Of a stretch of 64,000 nt of DNA, positions 35,065 through 45,945 are shown piece after piece (positions within the stretch are counted from its first letter, which is position 1; every line of letters starts with the position of its first letter). The position numbers and the translations under genes were made by a program. Origin of the DNA: Felis catus (Eukaryota); NCBI RefSeq assembly GCF_018350175.1, contig NC_058383.1:1240001-1304000 (forward strand). The letters run 5' to 3'. The notes under the pieces are model-generated. The model saw nothing but the letters and a program-made list of their open reading frames with translations. It did no database searches and was not told where the DNA came from.

Positions 35065-36495
35065 TGATTTTAAATACATTTTTATTGTGGAAAAATACAC
35101 GTGACACATAAGTTATCGTTTTGACCATTTCTGAGTGAGCAGCTCAGGGGCACCGAGCACATTCACGCTGCTGTGCGGCCGCCCCACCGTCTGGCTCCAG
35201 AAAGTCCCATCTCCCTACACTGAGACTCAGTCCTGTTACACACAGACCCCCACTGGCTCCCCCAGCCCCGGCCCCGCCGTCTACTCCGTGTCCCTGAGTC
35301 TGATGACCCGGGGCCTCGTGGGAGTGGGTCCCGGTGAGCGTCCTCCAGTGTCCGCGAGTCTGACGACCCGGGACCTCGTGGGAGTGGGTCCCAGTGTGTG
35401 TCCTCCCATGTCCGTGAGTCTGACGACCCGGGACCTCGTGGGAGTGGGTCCCAATGCGTGTCCTCCCGTGTCCGCGAGTCTGACGACCCCGGGGCCTCAT
35501 GGGAGTGGGATCCTACAGTGTCCGTCCTTCCGTGTGTGTTTTGTGTCACTCAGCCTCCCGTCCTCCGCGTTCATGCAGGTGGCGGCCGGTGCCAGGATTT
35601 CCTTGCTTGTTAAGGCTGAGTGGTAGTCCATCGTGTGGCCGGACCACACTGTGGTCGTCTGTCGGTGGACGCCTGGGTCGCTTCCACCTCTCGGCCGCCG
35701 GGAATCCTGCCGCCGCGAACGTGGGCGAGCGGGTGTCTCTTCGGGTCCTGCTTCCGGTTCTTCTGGGGATAGACCGGAAGCGGGATCGCTGGTCACGTGA
35801 GCTTCTATGCTTCGCTTTCTGAGGACCAACCGTGCTGCTTTCCAGAGTGTCTGCACCAGCTGGCATTTTCACGGGCAAGTGCCCCGGTTGCTCCACGTCC
35901 TTGCCGATACTTGTTTTGTTGGGTTTTGCTTGCTACGAGAACCATCCTGACGGGGTGAGGCGGCAGGAACCCCGTGTGGCAGTGACCCGCGTTTCCCAAA
36001 GATTCAGTGATGTTGAGCGTCTTCCCGTGCTCGCTGGACATTCGGTTTCCCCCCTCGAGAAACGTCTGGTCGAGTCCTCGCTCAGTTTTGAACTGGGCTG
36101 GTGTCTGTTGGTGAGTTGCAGGCCCTGGTGTGTCCTGGATGTTAGCTTCTCCTCAGATGTCCCTCCCGCCCGCCCCCCACCCCGGGCTGCTGTTCCACTC
36201 TGCTGATCGTGTCCTTTGTGCACAGGAGTTTTTAATTTTCTTCAAGTGCAATTTATCTCCTTTGCTCCTTCGTTGACCGTGTTGGCGTCGCGGCCAAGAA
36301 ATCGTCACCAAATCCAACGTCACGAGTTTTGCCCGTGTTTTTCTCTAAGGGTTTTATAGTTTCACTCTTCTGTGTACGTCTGTGATCCATTTTGAGTTAG
36401 TTTTCGTATACGGTGTGAGGTGTGGACGTCCAGTGGTCCCAGCATCACTGTTGGAAAGGCTGTCCTCTCCCTGGGGAATGGTCTTGGCACCACAA
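35065..36495 (-). mobile_element. L1MB-type element (ORF2 end plus 3' UTR), GC-shifted
   Basis: Antisense L1 3' terminus at about 35070; minus ORFs give TLESSTVGPQKAK and STRRFSRGETECPAST, degenerate ORF2 C-terminal motifs. Confidence 0.85.
35285..35520. repeat. 60-bp minisatellite, four copies, inside an L1 3' UTR
   Basis: TCCTCCCGTGTCCGCGAGTCTGACGACCCGGGACCTCGTGGGAGTGGGTCCCAGTGTGTG-like unit repeated with a 60-bp period (35281, 35341, 35401, 35461). Confidence 0.93.
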
Positions 36496-36860
36496 GGCTC
36501 TTTGTTTGCTATTTAAGATCATTCTCAGTAGAAAAGACTTTTAAGTTCAAATTATCGGCACGAACTTTACCGTTCACCTTCATATCGTGCAGAGTCAGCA
36601 AACGCCCGCATAGGGGCGCTTGGCTCACCCCCAGAACCACCAAACTACAGACACAATTCATATTTCCTTGCTCACACATCACGTGTGTTTCCTCCCAGTG
36701 GACAGCCAGGGATGGTTGCCATCCCGCATGATCTTCCGGAACCTTCCTCGTCAAGGAGTAGTTTCCGTGTCCCCTCCCTTGAACCTGGGCAGACTTCAGT
36801 GACGCCCTTGACTGGTGGCAGAGACAGCTTCCAAGGGTAGGTGATAAAAATGCCAGACCT

Positions 36861-36955
36861 GGGGCACCTGGGTGGCTCTGTCGGTTGAGCATCCGACTCT
36901 TGATCTCGGCTTAGGTCATGATCCTGAGGTCATGGGCTCGAGCCCCATGTCGGGA
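36861..36955 (+). mobile_element. 3'-truncated Can-SINE head
   Basis: GGGGCACCTGGGTGGCTCTGTCGGTTGAGCATCCGACTCTTGATCTCGGCTTAGGTCATGATC...GGCTCGAGCCCCATGTCGGG. Confidence 0.85.
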
Positions 36956-37029
36956 GCTAATGCTCCCCCAGCCCTCCCCCTGCACAGACACATTCCATTG
37001 CACCCCTGTCTTAAACTCCTCACATCAAG

Positions 37030-37250
37030 ATTAGCCCAAAGTATGTTCAAGAGTCCCAGAAGCCCAGGAGCCCGTGGTCCAACTGGACTTCCAGCCACAG
37101 CCATGTGGATAAGCTGACCTGAAAGTGGGCGGTGGTCCTACAGAGCTCCGCCCACATTGCACATTCAAGGGCAGAATAAGTATCAGTTACTGTCAGAAGC
37201 CAGTATTTGGAGGGGGGGTGGTTGTTACACAGCAGTTGATAACTGATACA
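37030..37250 (+). mobile_element. Old MaLR LTR 3' end (MLT1F/G-like)
   Basis: Ends AAGCCAGTATTTGG...GGTTGTTACACAGCAGTTGATAACTGATACA, a typical MLT1 terminus. Confidence 0.55.
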
Positions 37251-37606
37251 CCGAAGCCTGGACGCTGGTACGCTCTAGCCCTACAGCCATAGCTGTGGCC
37301 GCTGTCCACACACAGACGGTGGGGCCAGGGACTGGTGGGCAGACTTGGGATTTAGGGCACCCTTAGCGGTGGGGTTTCCAGAATGCATGGGATTGGACAC
37401 GAGGAGGTCTTCTGTGGTGGGGACGGCGGGGCTGTTGGCTGGGCTGTGGCATGCCGGGAGAGGACCAGGCCAGGTCGGGGACGTCTGGGATTCACTTTGG
37501 GACACCCCAGGGAGCAGCAGGTTGGGGTCTGGTTTGCGGTCAGGACATAAAGGCACAAGTAGGGAAACCAGCCACGTGTGTGGACAAGACCCTTCCCTCC
37601 CAGGCA

Positions 37607-38016
37607 CTTACAGGCTGAACCGTGTCCCCCTACGTTGAAGTCCTGACCCAGAGCCCCAGCACCTGGCCCCAGCCTCATCGCAGTTGTAAGTAGCGACGAC
37701 AGGGGTGGATTCCCAATGCAATGTGACCTGATAAAAAGGGGACATTTGGACACAGACACACAGGGGGACGCCACGGGAGGATGATGGCAGAGGTTGGGGG
37801 ACGCATCTACCTGCCGAGGGACGCCAGAGGCGGCCAGCAAACCACCTGCAGCTGGGCCCTCCCCCGAGTCTCGGGGGGGTGGGGGGTGGCACGGGAACCA
37901 GCCCCGCCACACCTCGATCTTGGAGCTCAGCCTCCAGAGAGGGGCGACAGTGAACTTCAGGTGTGGAAGCCACCCGGTCTGTGGCTCTCGTTAAGGAGCC
38001 CCTGGAAAGTAACACA
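37607..38016 (+). mobile_element. MaLR LTR (MLT1B-like)
   Basis: GGCTGAACCGTGTCCCC...GTTGAAGTCCTGACCC...ATAAAAAGGGGACATTTGGACACAGACACACAG...AAGCCACCCGGTCTGTGG...GGAAAGTAACACA. Confidence 0.8.
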
Positions 38017-38741
38017 GGCCTGCATCTGCCAGTTGGGGGCAGGGAGGCGAGGCTGCCGGCCGAGTTCTGCCCCCGGGGGAGGCAGGTGCGTGGGGAGGCC
38101 TGCCTCCATGCTGTGTACCAGAGCAGGGTCCTCACCCCCCACCCAGTGGGTGGTCCATCGGCCAGCGTACGTGTCTGCGCCGCTGAGGGCCAACAGTTTC
38201 CAGGGGCGGGCAAACATCGACGGAGCGCCGGCTGTGTGCTTCACACACGGTTCAAACGTGACAACAGACAAACTCCTATCTGTCCTTCAAAACCCAGCTC
38301 AGGGGTCACCTCCTCCTTGAACGGCTTCCCTTTAGTAACTTCCGAAGAGAAAGGGAACAGCCACAGTCTGTGCAACCTGGGTCCCTTAGCGTCCCCTTAT
38401 TTGCCACCGCGGACCCCTAAACAAAAGGCACAGAGCCGTGAGCACCCGCCAGTCTTGTTCATCCCCGTGCCCTAGCGCTCAACACAAGGCCTAGTGAGCA
38501 GTAGCCTCTAAGGAATGCTTGTGAAGTAAGTCAACAGCCAAATGTTTGGTCTGGTGGACTTGGTCCAGTGGAACTGAGCTGAGTCTCTGGGTTGGCTCTT
38601 AAGGAGACCAGCAAGGCCTCACGTTGCTAACTACAAGGAGAACGTGGCCTGTTGGTGCCCTGCCGTGGACACCTGCTGCACACCAGAATCTAAGGGGAAA
38701 TCCAGGAGGTCTTCTTGGAGGAGGAGACATCTGAGAATACT

Positions 38742-38959
38742 TTTTTTTTTTTAATGTTTATTTATTTTTGAGAGACAGAGAGAGACAGAGTGCAAGCAGG
38801 GGAGGGGCAGAGAGAGAGAGGGAGACACAGAATCCGAAGTAGGCTCCAGGCTCCGAGCTGTCAGCCCAGAGCCCAACGCAGGGCTCGAACCCACAGACCG
38901 TGAGATCACGACCTGAGCCGAAGTCGGACGCTCCACCGACTGAGCCCCCCAGGCGCCCC
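38742..38959 (-). mobile_element. Full-length Can-SINE (SINEC_Fc2-like)
   Basis: Poly-T, TTTATTTATT, (AG)n and reversed head ...CCAGGCGCCCC; TSD TGAGAATACT at 38732-38741 and 38960-38969. Confidence 0.96.
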
Positions 38960-39574
38960 TGAGAATACTCTTTGAAGCACAAACAGGTTCACCCTGGCAA
39001 TGAGGGAAGGGAGGACCTTCTGGAAGCGAGTGAGGCAGTGGGGTACAAGACCGGAAGGGAGAAGAGAGGGGCTGCCCGGGGCCCCCAGGACGCTCCACCC
39101 CAGCAGATGTCAAGCTCAGAACCCACTCGCGGCCCCCCACATTGCACACCCATCCTGGCTGCCTTGGAAGGTTAACGGGCCTCTGCTCTCGTGTGCACCT
39201 AGTGCGGGGGCCTCTGGGAAACAGAAGGGGTGAGTGTGGGCGGTGGGGACCCTGTAGGCCACCCGCCAGTCACCCTGGATGTGGCTGCTCCCCAGCACGC
39301 ACCTGGGCTATCCCCGTTGTCAACTGGACGTCCCCAAACTCCTCCGTGACCTTGGGCGACCCTGCACCTTGCCCCGGGCCTCAGCTCCCCATCTGTTCAA
39401 TAAGGGGTCACTCCTGTGCCCTCAACTCCCCTCCAGTTCAAGGTCTGCCCTTCACTGGGCTCCCCGCCCCTCAGTCGAGCTGACTGGCACTGGCCTGGCC
39501 AGCGCCGTCCGGGGTGCGCGTCCGGGCACCCGGGAAGGGAGGCAGCAAAACTCCTCAGTGCGCATTCCTGCTCC

Positions 39575-40040
39575 GTGGTGAGTTGTTTGTTTTCATAACC
39601 AATTCAGTATTTAAGACGCGGCCAGCCGCCGCGGAGCTCTCGGGCTCCCCCTTCCTTTGTCTCCACCGCTCCCCTCCGCCCGCCCCTCGCACCTCCTCCG
39701 ACAAACCCTGCGATTCTGATGGAAAATTCATTAGTCTCTCCCTCCCCTGCCCGCGTTCCCAGGCAGCTCCTCGCCTGATGTGTCCTCTCCATCCTGATTA
39801 TCTGGAGACGCCAATTTCAAAGAGACATCTTAATAGTGATGTCAACGAATTAATTAGATGTGTTAATGAGCTAAAAGCAACCCAAATTAAATTAATGCGG
39901 CAATAAGCACAGACAGCAAAATTAGCTCCAATTTCTCTGAATGACTCTGAACTGTACACAACACCTCATCTCGCAAGAACACCACCATCCCCCAAAGCTA
40001 ATCAAGAACCCGGCGCAATTAACTGCTTAATTACAAACAG
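39575..40040. promoter_or_regulatory. Candidate conserved non-coding element (largest in the window)
   Basis: Long non-repetitive AT-rich island; TTCAAAG (TCF/LEF-like), AATTAATTAG, TTAATGAG, AATTAAATTAAT, CTAATCAA, TTAATTAC. Confidence 0.55.
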
Positions 40041-40424
40041 GCACACGCGCACACGCGTGCACACACGCAAACACGCCTGCAAGAAATTCAGCAGGCAGGG
40101 AGGGGCCGGCCCGGGCCGGCCTGGGTCAGCCTGGGGGGTGGGAAGCACGAATCCCCCCGAAAGAGCGCCCATCACCGTCATAACACCACCCCTCGGTGAT
40201 CTGACCCCGGCACAGGGGGTGGCACCGAGGCGCGGGCATTCCAGTGCCTGGTCTGTGTTCTGCGGTCAATGTCAGGTGGCTGGACCCCGCCAGGGGGAGA
40301 AGGGCGGCTGGGGTGCTCCTGCAGGGCCCCTGGGCCCCTACCTGGGGGCGTGGGGTGGCTGGGGAGGGGCGCAGGATGAGGGAGAAGGGAGGAAGAGGGG
40401 CGGGCGGGAGGGAGCCCAGCTCTG

Positions 40425-40560
40425 AGTTGTTTACTGCTTGCATCAGAATCTGAGTTGCAACTAAAAAGCTAATTGTCCAGCCGGCTGATTTCCCACCGGG
40501 CAGGGAGAGCTGCTAATAGCTTCGCAAGCGGCTCAGGTATCTGATTAGCTGTGATTGCAG
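40425..40560. promoter_or_regulatory. Candidate regulatory element
   Basis: TGTTTAC (Fox), CTAATTG, TTCCCAC (RBPJ GTGGGAA on minus) and TGATTAG within about 130 bp. Confidence 0.4.
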
Positions 40561-42144
40561 CTAGAGACAGGAGAGGGGTGAGGGCAGACGTGGGGAGGAA
40601 GGAGGGCGTGGCGAGGAAGGGGGAGGTGGGCCAGATGGATGGCGGGCCCAAGGCTCGGAGGGCGCTGGGCAGGTGCAGGGGAGGAGGTGACGGAGGAAAC
40701 AGAGGTGATCTGGGAGGGGCTGGCCCCCCCATGTGTGGAGCTGGGATCCGGGATCCAGGATCCCCACCGGTGGCTCTGCTGCCCAGGCCATGCCGTCTCC
40801 AGGGAGGCCTGTGCCCCTGCAGGCCCATCTAGAACACGGGGTACTAGCTGGGCCTGGCCTGACCGCAGGACGCGTGACCCAGAGCCCAGGAGCAAGGGGC
40901 AGGCCCAGAGTGTCCCAGTTGGTGCCAACAGTCAGGGGCTGGAGTAGCTACCCCTGTGGGCACGCACGGGGCCAGCAGGCAGTGAGGCCCGGACCCCCGG
41001 CTGTCTCCCACCCTCCCACCTTTGAGGTCAATGAGTTTAGTCTCCTAAGTCAAGGATGCTTTTTGTTCATTTCAGATCCGGGTGATTGATTCGGGGAGAG
41101 AAGGAAGGAGCTGGTCGATTTGGTCCCTCCAGGCCAGCCTCCCGGGGCGCCCAGGCTCCGTGGAGAATGGCTCTCCCCAGAGCAGGGCAGGGGGTGGGGG
41201 TCCCTGGGAGGACCACGGATGGGGGCTGGGGGCGGGCGGCACAGGCCTCGTCTCCCTCTGCGTCCTTCCCTCTTCGTTGGTCCACTTGTCTGTTTTTCAG
41301 CGTATTGATTCATTTTAAATATATCCGTTTCCATCCTGCTGCACGCTGGAAGCTGGACAATACGGCCTCGTGAACCGTGGCCACAGGCTGCACCCCTTGT
41401 GGTGAGCACCCAGCCCCCAGGACGGGCATCCCTGTGCGCTGGGCACTAATGGTGTGAGCACAGGGCTCCGGGGCCCCGAGCACCCCACAGGGGCACCGAG
41501 AGTCCCAGGGAGGCGGTGGCCTGTTGATCGGACCGCCAGCCTGGGGTCACGGAGAGCCCGCCCCCAAGGCCACCCCCGAATGGGCCTCCGACTTCAAACC
41601 CCAGAATGGGGAATCACAAGCATGAGTTTAAGGGAGGAAGAGGCTCGGCGTCTTCAAGGCCCACGGATGTGGCGTCCTGAGGCTGTCGGGACAGGCCCGG
41701 ATTCCCAGGCTGGATGCTTGCTTCCTTTTATAGCTGGGGAGACTGAGGCTGAGGGTCTGGGGGACGGGGTCGGGGGGGTTGCTCGGGTCACACAGGCCCT
41801 CTGCTTGCTCTGCTCTGATGCTGGGCCGTCACCTCGGAGGCTGTTTCAGGGCTTTATCTCCCAGCAGGAAAAAAGGATTGTTTTGCTCAGGAAAGTGTTC
41901 CAAAGAGGTTTCCAGTCCCCAGGCAGGGGCGAGTCCCCAGGGCCTTCGGGGGCGGGGACAGCAGGGTGGGAGGGGCGTCCCCGACCGGCTCTCCCTTAGG
42001 TGGCCAACCCCTCGGTCTCCGTCCTGTCCTCTGACTCGGGGAGGGCCCGGGGCACACACACAGGTGCGCGCACGGCTCGGGGAAGCAGGCTGGTGCTGTG
42101 TCAGGCACACACCTGGAGGCCGCCCCGGCCCCGCAGCCCACACC

Positions 42145-42310
42145 AATTAGGAACTCACTTTACATTATTTTAATTTGTCTCTGGGGCCCTGGAAGCAAAG
42201 TCATGCGATTATTATTATTATTTTTTTGGCTGGAAACTCCAGCAGCCATTGTATAAATTACGTATAATTGAATCCATCGGACGTCATTTCTCTTAAACAA
42301 TCACGTTTTC
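42145..42310. promoter_or_regulatory. Candidate conserved non-coding element
   Basis: CCAATTAG, TTTAATTTG, TAAATTAC, ATAATTGAATC and TAAACAAT in an AT-rich island. Confidence 0.45.
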
Positions 42311-43929
42311 CTTTTCCCAGCAACTGGGCCACCCGCTCCGAACTCGCTCCCGTGCCCCTGGGAAGAGGGGGGAGGGTCTGAGCCACCCAGGCCACCTCAC
42401 CTGTAGGGGACAGGGGCTCTACTCCGTCCCTCATGGGCTCCACCTGCCACCGCACCACTGGCTGCTGTGTGGCCTGAGCGAGTGGTGTCACCTCTCTGAA
42501 CTCCCGTCTTCCCCCTGTCAAAGGGCTGGTGTGAGGGTCAGAGACAGACAATGCCCGGAGGATTCTCGGCTTGCTGCCCGCATGGAGCGTCCCACTCAGA
42601 GAGCTCGGTGTGCAGCCACACCAGAGCAGCCTCTCCCCCCAAAGCATGGGCCCCTGGTACGCAGGGGTTTGGCTTTAATCAGGTGCAGACAGACACATGG
42701 ACAGGGAAACAAGTGTCATGAAGGAGGAGTCTGTGTCACTCCCACAATCCCCTGGAAACACGCAGGGCCTCACGGGAAGCACCAGGTAGGGCAGGAGGTG
42801 GGGGTGCGAAACTCCGGGCAGGGCGGGCAGGCCTAGGACTGGCCACTGTGGATGGCCTCAGCGGGTCCTGGGGCGCAGGGGCCGTCCCTGGGGCCTGGGG
42901 TGATTGGGGCAGGAGGACGGGGCCTGGGGTATGAGGGCTCCACAGGGGAGGGCTGGGGCGGGGGCTGTGTGTTGGCTGGGCTGCGTTTGGAGAGTGTGCT
43001 CTCGTCTCCGGGGCCTGCAGGTTGTCAGAGCTTCAAACACGCAGGCAATGGGAAAACGCAGTTAATACAGAGGGATCAAACAGACGTCAGCAGCGCATGG
43101 GAGGCCGTGTCCCGTCTGATGGTGCTCAGCCCTCTCCGCCGGCTTTGTGGACCCCACAGTCGGAGCCGGGATGGGAGAGCTGAGGACACTGAGGCCCAGC
43201 GAGGGAAGCCGCTTGCTTGAGGTCACCCGGGGAATTGGGCCGGGCCAGGGAATTGTGACCTCAGTCTCCTCGGGGCCGGCAGAGAGAGGAAGGAGCTTCC
43301 CTGTGGCCCGGCGTGGGGGGTGGACGCTAGACTCCTGGGCTGTGTCGGGGGTCCAGCGAGGCCCTGTCTGTGATGCATCGGCGCCTAGGGGGTGCCCGAT
43401 AAGCACTCACCCTCTGGGCGAGTGTGGACAAGACTGTGCCCCGCCCCAGGCCTCAGTTTCCCTATCTGTACCTCGAGGGATGCAGTGGCCAGGCCAGGGG
43501 CTCGGGCTGCAAGACGGCCCGCACCGTTCGCCCTGGCACCCTCGCTCCGGGAACCTACCCCGTCCACGCTCTGCTGCAAGAGAGCTGGGCGGCCCAGGCT
43601 GCTCCCCGAGGCAGACACCCGGCAAGGGCGGCCGATGACTCCGTGGTCACACCCTGCGCCGGTACAGCCGGCAGCCGGCCAAAGGGACGGTGCAGCTCCA
43701 CACGGAAGCGGGCGAGGCGGCTCAGGCCGGAAAGACGCAGGATGCCGCGTGCACGCTGTCGCCGTGGGGAAGGCAGGAGGCTTCGTGGGGCGCTTCTGGA
43801 TACTCGGGACACTGTGAAGAGCAGAGCAGGAAGCCCGGGTCTGCGGTGGAAGGGAAGCATCGTCACCTCTTCCCCTTTGTGCCCGTTACTTTGCCTTTAA
43901 AGAAGTTCTAAGTGCTTTTAGGTATAAAC

Positions 43930-44345
43930 ACCACAAATGTACATCCACGCAAAAACGTGTACCTAAATGCTCGTGGCGGCGTCGCTCGCGACGGCCGAGA
44001 GGTGGAAACCACCCAGACGTCCGTCATCTGATGGGTGGATCCACACGGTGGGGTGCGTCCAAACGACTGAGGTTACTCGGCCACGAAAGGATTCCACGTG
44101 GATGAAGCTTGAAGACATCTGCTCGGAGAAAGAGGCCACTCACAGAGAACACGCCGGAGACGTACAGAGCGGGCACAGCTGTGGGGACAGGGCAGTGGTT
44201 TGGGAGCAAATGGGGACTGGCTGCTAATTCGTAGGGTCGGGGTTTTTTTGGGGTGACGACAGCGTTCTCAAATGAGACACTGGGGTGCTTGCACAGCTCT
44301 GCAAACGCACGAAAGACACACGAGTGTTAGGAAAGAGAAGCGGAC
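43930..44345 (+). mobile_element. L1MB/MC-type 3' fragment, strongly GC/CpG-shifted
   Basis: ACATCCACGCAAAAACGTGTACCTAAATGCTCGTGGCGGCG...GTGGAAACCACCCAGACGTCCGTC...; appears to resume at about 44736 (TGTGACTTTTATCTCGATAAAG). Confidence 0.75.
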
Positions 44346-44349
44346 AGGG

Positions 44350-44735
44350 TGCTGAGGGTCCTCGGCTGTGGGGACACAGCACACCAACTCGGGGATCTGA
44401 AACCACAGAAAGCCCCGGGCCCCAAGTCCAAGATCAAGGTGGCCCAGGGTGAACTCCCTCCAAACGCCGTAGGGGAGGAGCCCTCCGGATGCTCTGCGGG
44501 ATGCGGGGCGGTCCTGTGCCCCCCCCACCCCCCACCCCCTGCCTCCGCCTGTCAGTCCGCGGCCCTCTCTGCTTCTTAGGGGACCAGACACCCTGGATTT
44601 AGGGCCCATCCCAGCGACCTCATCTTCACGTGGTGACCTCTGTGCAGACCCTATTTCCAAATAAGGCCACGTTCACAGCTGCCAGAGGCTAGGATTTCCG
44701 CACCTCTTTTTGGAGACACAGTTCAACCCAGTTCA
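44350..44735 (-). mobile_element. MaLR LTR (MLT1C-like) nested in L1
   Basis: AAGTCCAAGATCAAGGTG...GGATTTAGGGCCCA...TGCAGACCCTATTTCCAAATAAGGCCACGTTCACAG...GACACAGTTCAACCC. Confidence 0.8.
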
Positions 44736-44799
44736 TGTGACTTTTATCTCGATAAAGACGTTTTTCTCAAAAGTTTTAAGCTGTGAAATACAAAGAGAA

Positions 44800-44920
44800 G
44801 GGCGGCTCAGTCGGTTAAGCATCCAGGTAAGCGTCTGACTCTTGATCTCAGCTCAGGCCTCGATCTCAGGGTCATGAGTTCAATGCCCGCATCGGGCGTG
44901 AAGCCTCCTTTAAAAAAAAA
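44800..44920 (+). mobile_element. Short tRNA-derived carnivore SINE (tSINE-like, no CT tract)
   Basis: GGCGGCTCAGTCGGTTAAGC...GACTCTTGATCTCAGCTCAGG...GTCATGAGTTCAATGCCC, then AAGCCTCCTTT and an A-tail; TACAAAGAGA on both sides. Confidence 0.8.
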
Positions 44921-45189
44921 TTACAAAGAGAGAGAGAAGGAACACAGCCATCGTCCCGAGCATGAGCCTGATGCACTCTGGGGGGACTCACGAGCTCGGA
45001 GCAGCAGTAGTCGTAGTAAAAATGTCCCTGGCTGGGAACCTGGCCGGTTCTGCCCAGAAGGCCCGCCCCTGGCCTGGCCCCTGCCCTTCTCTCCCCTCCG
45101 TCCTCACCCCTGCAGGCCTGTCACGTGCCCACATCCCACCTTCTGAGGTAACAACCTGCCACACGCACAACCTCTTTGCACCCAAAACG

Positions 45190-45365
45190 TTCTCTGATCT
45201 GTGTAAGCTACAATTGAGTCTGCGCCGCTTGATATTAATATCTTTTGTTTGTGTGTCAGGGTTCTGCGGAATCTAATTAAGGCGTGTTCTCGGTGTATCC
45301 GGGGTGTTCAAACAACTCCGCGGAGCAGACAATGCAAGCTGTTGACCTGCACAGATAAACTGCTT
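45190..45365. promoter_or_regulatory. Candidate conserved non-coding element
   Basis: ACAATTGAG, ATATTAATAT, CTAATTAAG, GACAATG and AGATAAAC in an AT-rich island. Confidence 0.4.
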
Positions 45366-45911
45366 ACGGAGGACTGGGGGGCGGCGGGCGGGGGTTGCAT
45401 GGCTGTTCTTTTCTGCCAGGGTGCCGGCAGCTCACCCTTGTGCGCGGGCGGCCCCAGCGTCCTTGGAGGGGCGTGCCGACCCCAGCGGCAGTTTCTGTAT
45501 GCCCTTCTGTGTGTGCAGACGCGTGCACAAATGTGCACCACACCCAAGTTAGGCCTCCCTGGACAAGCAGTCAGCAGTGTCGTGTCTCCCCCGTCATCGC
45601 CCCATGCACAGATGGGGACGCTGAGGCCCTGGTGCGCCTCACGCGCCCGGGTGTTAAGGTGGACCTCAGGGCTGCCTTCAAGTAGCCGACAGGTAGCGGC
45701 GAAACCCACATCGGGGAGGGCTGGCCCCGGACTCCAGGGCAGGCCCAGGTAAAAACTGTCATCTCTCCCCGCAGAGAGGTCTGGCCTGGACCCACACAGT
45801 GGGCTGCTGGCAGTGCTGGACCTTCCTGACCCTGGAGTCCACCGCGGGGCTCCCTTTTAACTAATTCGCGCGCCCACGAAGTACCTGCCCCGCGCAGCTT
45901 AGCAGACGCCG

Positions 45912-45945
45912 CAGCGCCACCTGCCGACCGCGCTCGGGGCTGCAG
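45912..45945 (-). promoter_or_regulatory. Candidate CTCF site with upstream (U/M2) motif
   Basis: Minus strand reads CTGCAG-CCCCGAGCGCGG-TCGGCAGGTGGCGCTG: core motif with TGCAG 12 nt upstream, inside the CpG-rich patch 45840-46260. Confidence 0.55.
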
